DNA of 64,000 bases, taken from assembly GCA_963828525.1 (NCBI GenBank), contig CAWHEP010000004.1:32001-96000 (forward strand), given 5' to 3'. The DNA is from an uncultured Verrucomicrobiae bacterium. GTDB taxonomy: Bacteria; Verrucomicrobiota; Verrucomicrobiia; Chthoniobacterales; Chthoniobacteraceae. Positions 61,577-64,000 of the stretch are shown here, one piece after another; within the stretch, counting starts at the first letter, position 1, and every line of letters begins with the position of its first letter. Under the pieces are notes generated by a model. It had not been told where the DNA came from, did no database searches, and was given only the letters and a program-made list of their open reading frames with translations. Both the position numbers and the translations under genes were made by a program.

Positions 61577-61835
61577 CCCGCCGTATCTATCGATAACTAG
61601 TTCATAGTGAGTCATATATGACAGAGGTAATCCGCGTTACGAGCTTACCCAGCGAGACAAATTGGCGTCACTGTCTCACTATCTGTGTGTCTGTGGGACA
61701 TCCAGACGCGCCGCGCCGCGGCATGCAGCCCCGGGATTATTGTCGGGAATGTTGAGTTGTCCGGTTGACATCCGCTTGTAGTACCCTTTTGTTTCTATGG
61801 GACGTGATACCGTCCTCGAACCAGTTGTTGTACTT

Positions 61836-62069
61836 ATGATGAATCAGAATATGGGAGAGAAGGCAGGCAGCGACCCCCTCGCTTCGGAAAAAATCTCCAT
61901 CGAACGAAAGATATTCTTCCTTGACCTCAAGGAAAATAATCGTGGCCGCTTTTTAAAGATCACTGAAGATGTGGGCGGACGCCGCGACACGATTATGCTT
62001 CCGGCGGAGGCGTTCCAGGACTTCACAGAAGCGCTGGTTCGGCTGGTGGATTACGAGAAGGGGCTCTGA
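61836..62069 (+). CDS. PUR-alpha-like single-stranded nucleic acid-binding protein
   Basis: ERKIFFLDLKENNRGRFLKITE...RDTIMLP matches a PUR repeat. Confidence 0.87.
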   Translation: MMNQNMGEKAGSDPLASEKISIERKIFFLDLKENNRGRFLKITEDVGGRRDTIMLPAEAFQDFTEALVRLVDYEKGL

Positions 62070-62095
62070 CCTGCTTCCAAGAGCCGCGTGGGCTC

Positions 62096-63094
62096 TCAGG
62101 CGTGTTTAAGCTCTGCGAAGAACAGCCTGCCTGCCGTGGTCTGCAGCGCTCCAGCTACCGTGATCGCAACGGTCTCCCCGAGGTGACCTCGCGCGTGGTT
62201 GACGACAATCATTGTTCCATCGGGGAGGTAGCCGACTGCCTGGTGGGCGTCACGGCCTTCCTTCACGAGCGCAATTTCCAGCTCGTCGCCCGCGGACAGG
62301 CTTGGACGCATCGCTTTCGCGAGGTCGTTTAGGTTCAGCACGGCGACATTTTGCAGCCTGGCAATTTTGCACAGGCTTGAGTCGTTGCTGATCAGTTGGG
62401 CGGAGAGAAGGCGCGCAAGATGTATAAGCTTGGTATCCACTGGCGAATCGCCATCGCCGGGTTCCTCATGCACTGTGACGCTCACCCTGGGGCTTTTCTG
62501 GAGCTGATTTAGCCGATCCAAGCCGAGCCGCCCGCGTTCGCGTTTGGCCGGTTCGGCGGAGTCTGCGAGACGCTGGAGTTCATCCAGCACAAATCGGGGC
62601 ACGACCAGCGATCCGCTGAGAAAGCCCGCGGCGCAAATGTCGCCGATTCGTCCGTCGATGATGATGCTCGTATCCACGAGGAGCGGAGGCCCCTGCACTG
62701 CCGACTGCTGGAAACGAACATACGGGATCACCAGGGCGAATTCATCCCGGTTGCTCCTCATCGCCAGCATCATGCCGAGGTATCCGAACGCGCCATAGAT
62801 CATCAGGCTGATGATCCAGCGCTTCTCTTCGGAGAGATACTTCAACAAGTCGGAGGCGAGCAGGAGATGCCCGAGAACCAGGCCGAGAACCAGTCCGAAA
62901 GTAGCCGCGGAAAAAATGCGGAGCGAGAATCCTTTCAGGAGGCGGTCAAATAGAACGATGAGGAGTCCGAAGACTATTCCACCAGCGGCGCCCGCAGCTT
63001 GAGAAGTGAATACCTCCCCAACTGTGGCTCCCACAAACGCGGCCGTTACGATAAAAAGGGCGCGGAGGAGATTAATGGTGAGGCTTGGGGTCAT
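62096..63094 (-). CDS. Membrane PIN/TRAM domain protein (YacL-like)
   Basis: Four TMs; VDTSIIIDGRI, FVLDELQ, GYLPDGTMIVV and LQTTAGRLFFA motifs. Confidence 0.92.
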   Translation of the reverse strand: MTPSLTINLLRALFIVTAAFVGATVGEVFTSQAAGAAGGIVFGLLIVLFDRLLKGFSLRIFSAATFGLVLGLVLGHLLLASDLLKYLSEEKRWIISLMIYGAFGYLGMMLAMRSNRDEFALVIPYVRFQQSAVQGPPLLVDTSIIIDGRIGDICAAGFLSGSLVVPRFVLDELQRLADSAEPAKRERGRLGLDRLNQLQKSPRVSVTVHEEPGDGDSPVDTKLIHLARLLSAQLISNDSSLCKIARLQNVAVLNLNDLAKAMRPSLSAGDELEIALVKEGRDAHQAVGYLPDGTMIVVNHARGHLGETVAITVAGALQTTAGRLFFAELKHA

Positions 63095-63140
63095 TTAGCG
63101 AGACCATTCTCTCGATCTGCAAATGTGAACCTGCGCTAAG

Positions 63141-64000
63141 TCAGCGAGATGACCTGACATTCGGGTCCGTCCCGCGGGGTGTGACATCCTTATAAAAGAG
63201 GATGCCCTTCTGCCTCAGGTTTGCAACCAGAGCTTTCAGGTTATCTGACAAGGTCTTGTCTGACAGCAACGTGGGAATCGGTCCGTTGCCTTCCGAGAAA
63301 CGTTTAAGCACAATCCGCGCGGCTTCTATTACCTTTCTGGAATCAGCGATGGCGCTCTGTATCTCGACCGCCGCAGTGTTGGCGCTTCCCATGGTCTGAC
63401 GGGTGCTATCCATTACCCCGCCCGCGCTCTTCACCACAGCGTCCAGGCTCTTTGAAGTCTCGGCGAAATTGGTGCTCGTCACTTTCAGGTTTGCAAGAGT
63501 CGCTTCCAAATTCTTCAGATTTTCGCTGCTGAGAACAAGTTCCAGGCGCTGGTTCAGGTTGTTCGTTGTCTCTTTCAGTTTCACCAGCGCGGCCTTTAGC
63601 TCGTCCATGACTGCGGGAGCTTTATCCATGACAGTCGCTCCTTTTTCCATCAGTTCGTTTAACCCATCCGCGCTCGTTCCTTCGATCACCTCGCCGTCAC
63701 CATAGACCTGGTTCGGGTCCGCTGGGTTGAAGTGGCCACTGTCGAATCCTTTAGGCAGGGAGACTTGAACGAAGCGATCACCCATCAGGCCGGAACTTCC
63801 CACCTCGAATTTCGATCCTTTGGGCAGCTTGATCTCGCCCACCACCTTCAGTGAGATGGCTACCGCTCCCACCGTGGGCATGATGGCAGGCTTCTCCGAA
63901 ACGTACCCGATGCGTCGCCCCCGCAAGCTGCACTTCCGACCCTTTCAGCAGGCCGTTCGCGTCGGGGAGATGCACGGTGAGATTGTAGTATTTCTTGAAC
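63141..64000 (-). CDS. MlaD/MCE domain protein (5' end outside window; frameshift near 63925)
   Basis: DANGLLKGSEVQLAG, IGYV and SSGLMGDRFV, followed by a coiled coil. Confidence 0.85.

Overview
A bacterial chromosomal window of moderately high GC. Gene content points to Verrucomicrobiota, probably a Spartobacteria/Chthoniobacterales-like organism (inference from the dnaK-groES-groEL order, TPR-ExbB-ExbD-ExbD cluster and PUR-alpha-like protein). Housekeeping content includes tRNA-Gln(CTG), RNase P RNA, dapF-dapA-dapB-folK-panB, accA, xth, galT, LPS glycosyltransferases, a LigC ligase and LigD-polymerase pair, a SWIM-SNF2 helicase, a GH2-malectin hydrolase and the chaperone operon. Many genes, including essential ones, carry 1-bp frameshifts that look like long-read assembly errors. 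Two loci stand out. (1) 47956-54022 is a tightly packed locus with a small Gly-motif membrane protein, a P1B-type ATPase with tandem HMA-like domains and no CPx motif, a CorA truncated before its GMN loop, and a catalytically dead paralogous ATPase; it resembles ferrosome-type metal-organelle loci. (2) 40295-43796 is a cyanoexosortase A-like enzyme with its partner protein and a large TPR protein, in a non-cyanobacterial context. Also noted: a TIR-2TM protein lacking the catalytic Glu, a tandem-duplicated beta-barrel protein, several pseudo-enzymes and a sigma54-type promoter upstream of dnaK. All family calls come from motif recognition by eye; no database searches were run.
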